From: a virus
Direction: 5' to 3' (one strand)
DNA: 64,000 bases
Virus record (IMG/VR): IMGVR_UViG_3300032893_000009
Span: 54,882-118,881 of that record
Program-made: the position numbers and the translations under genes
Shown here: one piece after another, positions 56,701 to 64,000 of the stretch
Position numbering within the stretch: position 1 is the first letter of the stretch
Layout of the letters: every line of letters starts with the position of its first letter
Notes under the pieces: model-generated
Told to the model about the DNA's origin: nothing
The model's input: the letters and a program-made list of their open reading frames with translations, nothing else
Database searches by the model: none

Positions 56701-58040
56701 ACACTCTGCAGGAATTGGACGACGCTGAAGTGAGTCTCATCCCCGGCATAACACGTCCGGGGCGTAACAACGGCATCCCGCGTCATGTTGCTTACGATGG
56801 CGTGGTCTACTGTGCCACAGTTCCTAACCACACTCTGTATTGCCGCAGGAACGGCAGGCCATTCTGGAGCGGTAATTCAGACGCGGCCTACCAGATTGTC
56901 CGGCGGCACATTCAGAACGAGCTGGAGGGACAGGCCAAGGTATCGATCATCGGCGGCATGAAGAAGCCCGAGGTGATCGAGGTGAATCCGGTGATGGAGG
57001 CCGACCTGCTTCTGAACTGGCAGGAGATGCTGATCCGTATGGTGGCCAACGCCTTCGACATGACGGCCATGGCACTGGGTGTCGAGCACGACGTGAACCG
57101 CGCCGTGGGCGAAGTGCTCAAGGATCAGGATTTCCGTTCCGCCGTGGTGCCTATGGCCAAGCGGCTGCAGGAGGGATTTACCCGCAAGATTCTCCACGAG
57201 GCGCTGGGCTGGGTCGATCTGGAATTCGCCTACCTGCAGCTGGACGATCCCGATCTTGAAACCAAGACGGACATGAATGCCAAGATGTATTCGGCCAACG
57301 CCCTCACTCCCAACGAGTGGCGCAAGAGCGTGGGCAAGCAGCCGCTGAAGACCCCGTTTGCCGACATGACCCAGTTCGAGGCCATGATGCTCAACCAAGA
57401 GCTGATGGCGCAGCTGCAGAACCGGGCACAGGAGCAGCAGCAGGCCCAGCAGCAGCCCGCCATGCCTGCCGCGCCCGGTATGCCGCCCGCGATGCCCGGA
57501 GGGCCGGGAAGGGGCGCTGGCGGGGCCAGCAGCTATGCTCCACGCATCTCGCAGGGCCAGATTTCCCGGGGCGGACAGATCATGTCGCCGAAGCCCATGG
57601 CGCTGCCCAAGTTCCCCATTGCCGGGTCGAAGTGGAACGCCCGGGAGATCGCCAAGATGCCGGTCAACGATCTGGCCGACCGTATTGACGGCGGACAGCT
57701 GCCGGAGCCGCAGAAGCTGCTGCCGCAGATGGAGCAGCAGGAGCCCAATATCCTCGATCAGATGAACGACGAGGTGAAGGAGTATTTCAAGCATGTGCTG
57801 CAGGAGGACGAGGATGAAAAGAACGAGGCCACGCCTGATGAATATCTGCAGATGTGGCTGAAAAAGCTGCGCAAGCGGGCGAAGAAGCGTGATGCGCGTT
57901 CCGATGATATGACAGAATATCTGCAGAACGTGAATCAGAAGTGGCGCATGGCGCAGCCCTCGAAGCCCGGTGCCAAGACCTATCGCGCGGTGAAGAATCC
58001 CGGCAAACCCGGCACCCCACCGGCAGCAAGGAGTTTGTGA
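53787..58040 (+). CDS. phage portal protein with two inteins (676 aa after splicing)
   Basis: LRRFSRTP, HPNN, LWAMDASTVR, DEIMYIKDNP...FGLGKLE, ANAFDM...LG and LTPNEWRKSVGKQPL portal motifs. Confidence 0.88.
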   Translation: MLALLRRLHLAFQAWTINRLRIRQAVKAYLSLHAQELSVTPLQNLPLVRAQQAAEIRLVKAGKLDSIVDRKSWAFPYLPSSVQRLSMPVAKSTPYNLRRFSRTPVARRAINLIKNSVTAQAWDVRPIEGVPVEDEEEQKARIKVAKKIFTHPNNVDSNQSWVEMGVEDMCIMGVFASEIKLTLDPERPVKLWAMDASTVRIFVSWSESTTDLPHYAQMTGLQGERGAILFYDDEIMYIKDNPATDNPFGLGKLEVAFQQLNDLLGVQRMAGMAGADQVHKCFPGDTEVLTRRGWIPWRDVGDAEEFATRSSDGKLQWQRALGFVREQHDGDLIRFRNRELTITVTPNHRMYGQRFTKDWRTGKQIAGPAGFVEARELLDEVARRPGKGWRGRAKHAPSLYDFRIPTRTEWTDGVLPAPVCRIGARTFAWEDWAAFLGIWFAEGSCMRSNGADKPRHGEYRVQIAQSLKTNPAKYAKIKRLLKRMGFSYVAKPDRFLFSDRDVWAYLVGLGDSLTKSVPQWLKDAPTPVIRAFFDWAMLGDGTVRGRKRTYYTASKRLADDMQELFQKIGSSAAVQPYIDGKSQMYAVEEMLRSDISIIPAGCRGKERMPQRIPYSGMVYCATVPNGTLYCRENGYAFWSGNTWLWWEQPQCFSDDTDVLTKRGWIKWEDAREDDLFATRNAHGVFEWQRASRLYRKRYVGDMIEFNNRNLSVCVTPNHRMYGRFAYQYRQGGKYQLDFTPEGLVQADDICARVVARPGKGRRKGDSTKAPSRTPFDFRIPVRSEWVGSLPSATFNLGAHQFDWHDWAAFLGIWVAEGWSSGSTVEPAGRVYCRVGIAQSKSAHPDVYRDIEGLLQKMGLRFAKTDRGFTIDDEDLWTHLSPLGNKYSKYVPGYMKNAPVSVIRTFIDWAVKGDGWSTHGEGRRRGYFTVSRRLADDMQELFQKSGTAASIYERPAGYMKLPGGRCSLCERGYTLQELDDAEVSLIPGITRPGRNNGIPRHVAYDGVVYCATVPNHTLYCRRNGRPFWSGNSDAAYQIVRRHIQNELEGQAKVSIIGGMKKPEVIEVNPVMEADLLLNWQEMLIRMVANAFDMTAMALGVEHDVNRAVGEVLKDQDFRSAVVPMAKRLQEGFTRKILHEALGWVDLEFAYLQLDDPDLETKTDMNAKMYSANALTPNEWRKSVGKQPLKTPFADMTQFEAMMLNQELMAQLQNRAQEQQQAQQQPAMPAAPGMPPAMPGGPGRGAGGASSYAPRISQGQISRGGQIMSPKPMALPKFPIAGSKWNAREIAKMPVNDLADRIDGGQLPEPQKLLPQMEQQEPNILDQMNDEVKEYFKHVLQEDEDEKNEATPDEYLQMWLKKLRKRAKKRDARSDDMTEYLQNVNQKWRMAQPSKPGAKTYRAVKNPGKPGTPPAARSL
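54627..55709 (+). mobile_element. portal intein 1 (361 aa) with LAGLIDADG-type endonuclease
   Basis: CFPGDTEVLT, VTPNHRM, FLGIWFAEG, AMLGDG, VYCATVPNG...WSGN followed by Thr. Confidence 0.92.
55737..56876 (+). mobile_element. portal intein 2 (380 aa) with LAGLIDADG-type endonuclease
   Basis: CFSDDTDVLT, VTPNHRM, FLGIWVAEG, AVKGDG, VYCATVPNH...WSGN followed by Ser. Confidence 0.92.
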
Positions 58041-58426
58041 TGGAACTCAAGGATATTTCAGGCAACACTGTCGAGATTCTTCCCGACTCTCGCGCCCGTG
58101 AAGCCAAGGACGTAAAGCAGATGTCCGTCCCCAACATCGGGATGGTTCACTGGGTTCCCATTTTCTGTGCGAACTGTGGTACAGCCGGGGGGCGCGTGCC
58201 GGAAGAGAATTGCACATTCGCCTTTTACTTATGCAACAATTGTGTGGAGAAGTGGGGGGCGGTGGCAGGTACATACGCCGTTCCCGACGATGTATTCTGG
58301 GCAAACGTGCGTCGAGAACAGCAGGAGAAATATGGACGGCAGCTTCTTCCTTTAGAGCTTGAGGAAGTGCTGAAGCACGAGAACAACAGCCTGACCAAGC
58401 TAGTGCAAGAGCGGGTCACCGCGTAA
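58040..58426 (+). CDS. zinc-binding hypothetical protein
   Basis: AAGGAG RBS; CANC...CNNC. Confidence 0.65.
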   Translation: MELKDISGNTVEILPDSRAREAKDVKQMSVPNIGMVHWVPIFCANCGTAGGRVPEENCTFAFYLCNNCVEKWGAVAGTYAVPDDVFWANVRREQQEKYGRQLLPLELEEVLKHENNSLTKLVQERVTA

Positions 58427-58437
58427 AGGAGAAACCC

Positions 58438-58938
58438 ATGTTTGTTTACTCAGACGTCCCGGCAGCGACAGAATCGCTGACGACCAACACGTTCATGTAC
58501 ACCACGAGCAGCACAGCCGGAAACCTGACTGACTGCATGCGGTTCCTGACCGGCGCATCGCGCCAAGCGGGCATTCAGTCGCTTTACCTGACTGGCCGTG
58601 GCGCAGGCCTCACGTCGATCTCGGGAATCAGCGCAAGAATCATCCGTCTCCAGACCGCCTCGACGGTGGGAACGGCAGCAACACCGAGGCCGCGCGATCT
58701 GACAGCTCCGGCATCGACCATCACCATCTCCAGTGCTCCCACCATTGGTTCGGGCACCGTCTCGGTGCAGGTTGCAGTGGGCTGCGGCGCGGCTGGCCCC
58801 GGCGGCTGGGTTGCTCCCAACCCGGACTCTGCCATCATGCTCTCGGCCAACGGTGGCATCAACGGCAACGCTGATCTCATCATTGGTTCCAACACCGTGT
58901 CACTCAACTGTGACGTCGATGTGGAGCACTTCGAGTAA
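58438..58938 (+). CDS. putative virion structural protein
   Basis: AAGGAG RBS; Thr/Ser/Gly-rich beta-type composition; followed by a terminator. Confidence 0.6.
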   Translation: MFVYSDVPAATESLTTNTFMYTTSSTAGNLTDCMRFLTGASRQAGIQSLYLTGRGAGLTSISGISARIIRLQTASTVGTAATPRPRDLTAPASTITISSAPTIGSGTVSVQVAVGCGAAGPGGWVAPNPDSAIMLSANGGINGNADLIIGSNTVSLNCDVDVEHFE

Positions 58939-58969
58939 GAGCAGGTTACTCGGACGTCGCGGATGACCC

Positions 58970-59007
58970 AAGAGTGGCGAGGTCGCGGGATGATCTCGCC
59001 ACTTTTA
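58970..59007 (+). terminator. intrinsic terminator
   Basis: AGTGGCGAGGTC...GATCTCGCCACT followed by TTT. Confidence 0.65.
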
Positions 59008-59023
59008 TGCTGCGGGTGGTGCC

Positions 59024-59566
59024 ATGCCTGAGAGCAAAGCGCATAGCATTGAATGGGCGCTTAAAGTTGCTGGTTGGATGAGCGAACAGGAGCTGTCCTA
59101 TCTCGCCGACGCGGCCAGCAGGAGCATGCTGATTGCCGAGATCGGCAGCTGGAAGGGACGGAGCACCTGTGCTCTGGCTGCCAACACCGAGGGTCTGGTG
59201 GTTGCAGTGGATACTTTTCAGGGGTCGCCGGAGCACCAGTGGGAGCTGGGTCAGCACGAGCCTCAATGGCTTATCGGCGAGTTCATGCGCAACACGTACG
59301 GCCTTCCGGTCGTGTCTGTGGTTGCAACTTCTGTTGCGGCAGCGTGGATGTTTCAGTGCCACCGGTTCGACATGATCTTCATCGACGCCGGGCATGAGCC
59401 ACAGGAGGTGGAGCAGGACATCAGATCATGGGGGCCGCTTCTGAAGACGGGTGGCATCCTGTGCGGCCATGACTACCGGAATGAGTACCCCGGAATCATG
59501 GAGGTTGTAAAACGTCTGGTACCACAATTCAGAGTCGTTGATTCTATCTGGACTACCGAGGTATAA
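59024..59566 (+). CDS. class I SAM-dependent methyltransferase (Methyltransf_24-like)
   Basis: AEIGSWKGRST, AVDTF, FDMIFIDAGH and GGILCGHDY. Confidence 0.88.
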   Translation: MPESKAHSIEWALKVAGWMSEQELSYLADAASRSMLIAEIGSWKGRSTCALAANTEGLVVAVDTFQGSPEHQWELGQHEPQWLIGEFMRNTYGLPVVSVVATSVAAAWMFQCHRFDMIFIDAGHEPQEVEQDIRSWGPLLKTGGILCGHDYRNEYPGIMEVVKRLVPQFRVVDSIWTTEV

Positions 59567-59569
59567 GAC

Positions 59570-60436
59570 ATGGAAAAGCACGGAACACGTCTCGCTAAAG
59601 ATCAGTGGCCTGCTATGCGAATCGACCTTGCGCCGATCCGTGAAAATCGCAGCCTGATGATAGCCATGCCCGCCTACGGCGGCAATGTGCATGTCAACAC
59701 CGCTCTCTCGCTGTGGGGTCTGGAAACCCTGCTGATGCAGGCAGGCATCCAGCACAACCACATCGTCACCTACAACGATCCTTATGTCAGCTTCGCGCGC
59801 AACCGGCTGACCGCGTTGTTTCTGCAGAGCGACTACACCGACATGCTGTTTGTGGATGCCGACGTGGAGTTCAATCCTGCAGACGCGCTCGGGCTGCTGC
59901 ACTTCGACAAGGACATCATCGGCGGCACGTATCCCCGGAAAGAGATCGACTGGGAGGCTGTGAAGCGCATCGCGCAGGAGAACCCGGGCATCGAACCGGA
60001 GAACCTTGGAGTGGCAGCGGGCGTATTCACCACCGGCTCGGTATGCGATACGATGCACCCCTTCGTTCCCACCAAGACGACGGAACTGGCGACGGGTTTC
60101 ATGTGCATCAAGCGGTCGGCGCTGGAGCGCATCGAACCATTCTGCCGGAAGTACCGGGTGGGGCCGATGGACCGGCCCAAGCAGCAGAGCGCGGAAGTCA
60201 TCATCAGGGGTGACTGGATCACCGACTTCTTCCCCTCCGGCGTCATCGGAGAGCAGTGGGTGGGAGACGACTTCCAGTTCTGCCGCAAGGCGACCGAGGC
60301 GGGCGTGGACCTGCATGTGTGCAGCTGGATGGAGATTGCTCATCATGGAACGCACCGGTTCCCCGGCAACATGCACATGGCGTGGCAATATAAGTACAAG
60401 AGGGAAATCGAGGCGGCCCAAGAGTCTGCCGTTTAG
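59570..60436 (+). CDS. GT-A fold glycosyltransferase-like phage protein
   Basis: IAMPAYGG, ARNRL, MLFVDAD, ATGFMCIKR and GDDFQFCR. Confidence 0.8.
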   Translation: MEKHGTRLAKDQWPAMRIDLAPIRENRSLMIAMPAYGGNVHVNTALSLWGLETLLMQAGIQHNHIVTYNDPYVSFARNRLTALFLQSDYTDMLFVDADVEFNPADALGLLHFDKDIIGGTYPRKEIDWEAVKRIAQENPGIEPENLGVAAGVFTTGSVCDTMHPFVPTKTTELATGFMCIKRSALERIEPFCRKYRVGPMDRPKQQSAEVIIRGDWITDFFPSGVIGEQWVGDDFQFCRKATEAGVDLHVCSWMEIAHHGTHRFPGNMHMAWQYKYKREIEAAQESAV

Positions 60437-60565
60437 ATCACCCCTTGCATAGCTCAGTGGGCGGTGGGGGATGGTGATTGCCTTCAGCAACGGCGCATGC
60501 TCGACAGGCAGTTTAATAACCCTCGCCCACTTTTCGGGCCACCCTGCTCCCTGCGAGGTGGTCTG

Positions 60566-63500
60566 ATGGCGATCACCCTAGTCCAGTCCAGCGCCACCGG
60601 CACCATCAGCTCTACAGGTGCCGGGCACCTGCTTGTCGTCACGCTGGTTCACGGTGCCGCCGCAGTCGTTCCGGCGCTGACGGACAACATGGGGTCGTCC
60701 TACGACTTCATTACGAAATCCACTACGTCCGAGTTAACCGTCTCCATTGCTTATCTTCTGGCCACTCCTTCGGGCATCACCTCCCTGTCGTCTTCCAACT
60801 GCACGATTACGAATGTGTGCGAATACTCGGGAGGAGCATTCACCCTCGATAAGTCTGCAAGCAACAGCGGCTCCGGTACAGGAACATCAGCAACCGCCGC
60901 CCTGTCCAGTTCCCTGACGCCGAGCGCGGCCAACGAACTGGTGGTGGCTGCTGTGGGAGCCTATGCGGGCACCCATACCGTCTCTTCTTTCTCCACCCCC
61001 ACCAACTTCACAGCCAGAAACTCCAATGGCACCACGACCGCCACGGCAGCCGAGGAATTCGACTGGATTCAGACCACGGCAACGGCCACGACGGCCTCCT
61101 CCACCGTCACCTACAACACCAGCAGCGGCACCAAGTATTGGGCTATAGTGGTGGCGGCTTTCACTGCCGCCGCCACTGCTGTTGTAGAAGAGATCAGCGA
61201 CAGCTGGTGGGGTGGTGTGCGCCAGTGCGCTGCCGGGGTGGCTCTCGCTGCGGTTGTCGCCGCCGGGTCGCTTGCTGTTCTTGCCGAGTCCACTGTTGAC
61301 GGCCTTCCTGATGAGCTGCCCTCCTCCGGTTCGGGCAGCTACACGCTGCAGGACTCATTCACAGGTACGGATTCTTTTGACGTAATTGTTGGTTACACCA
61401 CCTCCTTCGTCTACACTGCGCAGAACTTCACCGCGACCAAAAACTACACTCTCTCCCGAGTTGATCTTCTTTTAAAAATTGCGGCGGGCAGCCCTGTCTT
61501 CAGCATGACTGCCAGCATCTACTCCGATTCCGGCAGCACGTCGCCCGGAACGAAAATAGGGACGGCCTCCTTACCGGTTTCTGCCTCCACCGTGCTTGCC
61601 AACCCCGGCAGCATGATCCCCTTCGAGGGAATGAGCGTTCCGATTGTCGCCGGAACAACCTATTGGGTGGTCATCGAAACCAGTTCATACGACAGCTCCA
61701 ACTATGTGGGCTGGGGCTCCTATAACACCAGTTTATCCACGAATGCCGCCGACTCTGCCCCTGATGGCGTTACGTGGTCGCAGGTCAACAGCTACGCGCA
61801 GGGCATCCTTAACACCTACAGCAGCTCGGGTGCAGCTGTTGTCGATGAAGACTTCTGGATCAACCCGGTTGCTCCGGTGCAGGCAGCATTCAACTGCCCC
61901 CAGCACTGGGCATTTGAGCAGCACGAATCTTACCTGCCGAGTTGGAAGCCGGACGAGGATTACTGGCAGAACGAGGTTGATCCGGTCGTTGCTTCGATGG
62001 GTGCTCTTTACCTGCCTGACCCTGAAGAGATTCCTGCGCATACACTGCGTGGCACCGTCGATGAGGACTTCTGGGATAACCCGGTAGCACCTGTAGCAGC
62101 TTCCCTACTCTGGCCGCAGCCATTCTCCTTCGCTTTCTGTGATGACTGGGTGCAGTATGTCGTGCCGCCCAACTTCCTTGACGAAGATTTCTGGCTCAAC
62201 CCTGTAGCGCCGGTTACCCCGGTCGTGCCGAATCTCAGCAGTGCGGTTGCTAATGGGCAGCAAGACGAACTGTTCAGCGCAACCGGCTACATACTGCAGG
62301 AGTCCTTTTCAGGCACAGATACTTTTGACAACTATATCGGCTACGGCTTCTCGAATCTCTACACAGGTAAGACGTATCGCGCGGGTGTCTCATACACCCT
62401 GAGCAGAATTGACTTGTTCCTGAAGATCGGGGGTGGCAGCCCGTCCTTCAACATGACCGCCAGCATTTACACCAGTGTTGGCACATCACCTGCTATTCAG
62501 CCCGGAGTGCAGGTGGGAACGGGCTCCTCGCCTGTTGCATCTTCGACCGTATCTGCTGGCGGAGGTCTGGTTTCCTTTACAGGGCTGAATGTTCCGATTG
62601 TTGCCGGGACGACATACTGGGTGGTTGTTTCTATCGATGCACTCGGCGGCACAGACTACGTTGATTGGGAATCGTACACCTCCTCCTACGCACCCGATCA
62701 GGCCAAGTATTCTGCCGACGGCTCCACGTGGTCTGCTGTTAACAGCTACGAGCAGGGCATTTTCAACACCTACTCCAGCGGTGTGGCTGCGGTCATTGAT
62801 GAGGACTTCTGGCAGAACGAAGTTGATCCGGTTGTCGCCTCGATGGGTGCTCTTTATCTGCCGGACCCCGAGGAGATTCCTGCCAACAAGCTGTATGGAC
62901 AACCGGACGAAGACTTCTGGGTTAATTCTGTAGCTCCAGTCCCGCTTGCTTTTAGTCCGCTGCCGCTGTGGTCCTATGATCCCAGCGACATTGATTTTCA
63001 GCAGCAGGACGAAGACTTCTGGCAGAATCCAGTTGCTCCAGTTCAGGCTACTCTACTGGCACCCGCGCCATGGTCATTTGAGCAGCACGAGCAGGCCACC
63101 GCCCTGCACGGTCAGCCTGATGAAGACTTCTGGGTCAACTCTGTAGCTCCAGTACAGGCGACGCTGCTGTATCCAGCTCCGTGGCAGTTTGAGCAAAATG
63201 AACAAGCGGTTTTGTATGGTCAGCCTGATGAAGACTTCTGGGTCAACTCTGTAGCTCCAGTACAGGCGACGCTGCAGTATCCATCTCCGTGGCAGTTTGA
63301 TCAGGACGAATCTCCTACGCTGGAGGGACAACCAGACGAGGACTTCTGGATCAATCTCGTAGCTCCGGTACAAGCAACTCTGTCGTGGCCACAACAGTGG
63401 ACGTTTGATCCGAGTGAACAAGGTGCAGGTCTGCATGGTCAACCAGACGAGGACTTCTGGCAGAACCCAGTTGCCCCTGTTCAAGCTACTCTAGGACGTT

Positions 63501-64000
63501 TGTATCTGCCGGACCCCGAAGAGATCAGCGCAGCCACTTTGTACGGTGTGCCTGAAGAGCTGTTCTGGCAGAATCCTGTTGCCCCGGTTCCTGCAACACT
63601 GGGCAAGCTATACCTGCCGGACCCAGAGGAGATTCCTGCTGGCTACTTGTATGGTCAGCCTGATGAAGACCTCTGGCAGAATTCTGTAGCTCCTGTTCAG
63701 GCAACTCTGTTGTGGCCCCAGCCGTGGACGTTTGATCAGGATGAGCAAATTACCGGAGATCATGGTCAGCCTGATGAAGACTTCTGGGTCAATCCTGTAG
63801 CTCCAGTACAGGCGACGTTACTGTACCCGCAGCAAGGTGCCTTCGAGCAGCATGAGCAGGCCGTTCTGTCCGGTCAACCTGATGAAGATTACTGGCAGAA
63901 CCAAGTAGCCCCGGTCCCGGCTACCCTTCAGTATCCGCAGCCGTGGGTATTTGAACAGAACGAGCAGGCTGTTCTGTCTGGACAACCCGATGAGGACTTC
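60566..64000 (+). CDS. large repetitive virion/surface protein, 3'-truncated by the window edge (absent from the ORF track)
   Basis: ATG after GAGGT (MAITLVQS...). The same frame encodes DEDFW at 61844 and DEDF at the window end. Its absence from the ORF track is consistent with no stop before 64000. Confidence 0.8.
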   Translation, partial: MAITLVQSSATGTISSTGAGHLLVVTLVHGAAAVVPALTDNMGSSYDFITKSTTSELTVSIAYLLATPSGITSLSSSNCTITNVCEYSGGAFTLDKSASNSGSGTGTSATAALSSSLTPSAANELVVAAVGAYAGTHTVSSFSTPTNFTARNSNGTTTATAAEEFDWIQTTATATTASSTVTYNTSSGTKYWAIVVAAFTAAATAVVEEISDSWWGGVRQCAAGVALAAVVAAGSLAVLAESTVDGLPDELPSSGSGSYTLQDSFTGTDSFDVIVGYTTSFVYTAQNFTATKNYTLSRVDLLLKIAAGSPVFSMTASIYSDSGSTSPGTKIGTASLPVSASTVLANPGSMIPFEGMSVPIVAGTTYWVVIETSSYDSSNYVGWGSYNTSLSTNAADSAPDGVTWSQVNSYAQGILNTYSSSGAAVVDEDFWINPVAPVQAAFNCPQHWAFEQHESYLPSWKPDEDYWQNEVDPVVASMGALYLPDPEEIPAHTLRGTVDEDFWDNPVAPVAASLLWPQPFSFAFCDDWVQYVVPPNFLDEDFWLNPVAPVTPVVPNLSSAVANGQQDELFSATGYILQESFSGTDTFDNYIGYGFSNLYTGKTYRAGVSYTLSRIDLFLKIGGGSPSFNMTASIYTSVGTSPAIQPGVQVGTGSSPVASSTVSAGGGLVSFTGLNVPIVAGTTYWVVVSIDALGGTDYVDWESYTSSYAPDQAKYSADGSTWSAVNSYEQGIFNTYSSGVAAVIDEDFWQNEVDPVVASMGALYLPDPEEIPANKLYGQPDEDFWVNSVAPVPLAFSPLPLWSYDPSDIDFQQQDEDFWQNPVAPVQATLLAPAPWSFEQHEQATALHGQPDEDFWVNSVAPVQATLLYPAPWQFEQNEQAVLYGQPDEDFWVNSVAPVQATLQYPSPWQFDQDESPTLEGQPDEDFWINLVAPVQATLSWPQQWTFDPSEQGAGLHGQPDEDFWQNPVAPVQATLGRLYLPDPEEISAATLYGVPEELFWQNPVAPVPATLGKLYLPDPEEIPAGYLYGQPDEDLWQNSVAPVQATLLWPQPWTFDQDEQITGDHGQPDEDFWVNPVAPVQATLLYPQQGAFEQHEQAVLSGQPDEDYWQNQVAPVPATLQYPQPWVFEQNEQAVLSGQPDEDF
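61844..64000 (+). repeat. about 16 coding repeats of roughly 34-40 aa (GQPDEDFWxNPVAPVQATL..P..W.FEQ.E)
   Basis: GATGAAGACTTCTGG-like cores recur at about 102-120-nt spacing, in two blocks separated by a duplicated domain. Confidence 0.85.

Noticed and set aside
170-57794. Numerous long minus-strand ORFs (e.g. 5239-6291, 10468-11532, 14073-15143, 53874-54971)
   Set aside because: They are antisense shadows of high-GC plus-strand genes and have no recognisable motifs.
60437-60485. tRNA fragment (TAGCTCAGTGGG)
   Set aside because: D-arm-like word only, inside a simple hairpin, with no T arm or acceptor stem.
61844-64000. Non-coding array or DGR template/variable repeat
   Set aside because: Repeats stay in frame with synonymous variation, there is no adenine-specific pattern and no reverse transcriptase in the window.

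Overview
This 64-kb, high-GC window reads as part of a large dsDNA tailed-phage (or prophage) genome, with nearly all credible genes on the + strand. It holds recombination/replication genes (gp32-like SSB, RecA, clamp loader, a fused SbcD-SbcC), sugar-modifying enzymes, exported adhesin-like proteins, lysis genes and dispersed head genes (gpF-like protein, putative prohead protease, GroES-like protein, a split terminase and a portal with two inteins). Two protein + non-coding RNA array modules stand out. (1) At 51894-53735 a nuclease-less IS110/Nop-domain protein is followed by 24 tandem 36-nt units with two alternating repeats and two variable ~8-nt segments, the architecture of a TIGR-Tas (TasA-type) RNA-guided system. 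(2) At 9902-12216 five tandem Y-RNA-like units, two with permuted tRNA-like domains, precede a Ro60/TROVE gene. Both modules follow the same unusual promoter-like motif, GACGCA-N12-TANNNT. All calls come from reading motifs by eye; no database search or folding program was run.
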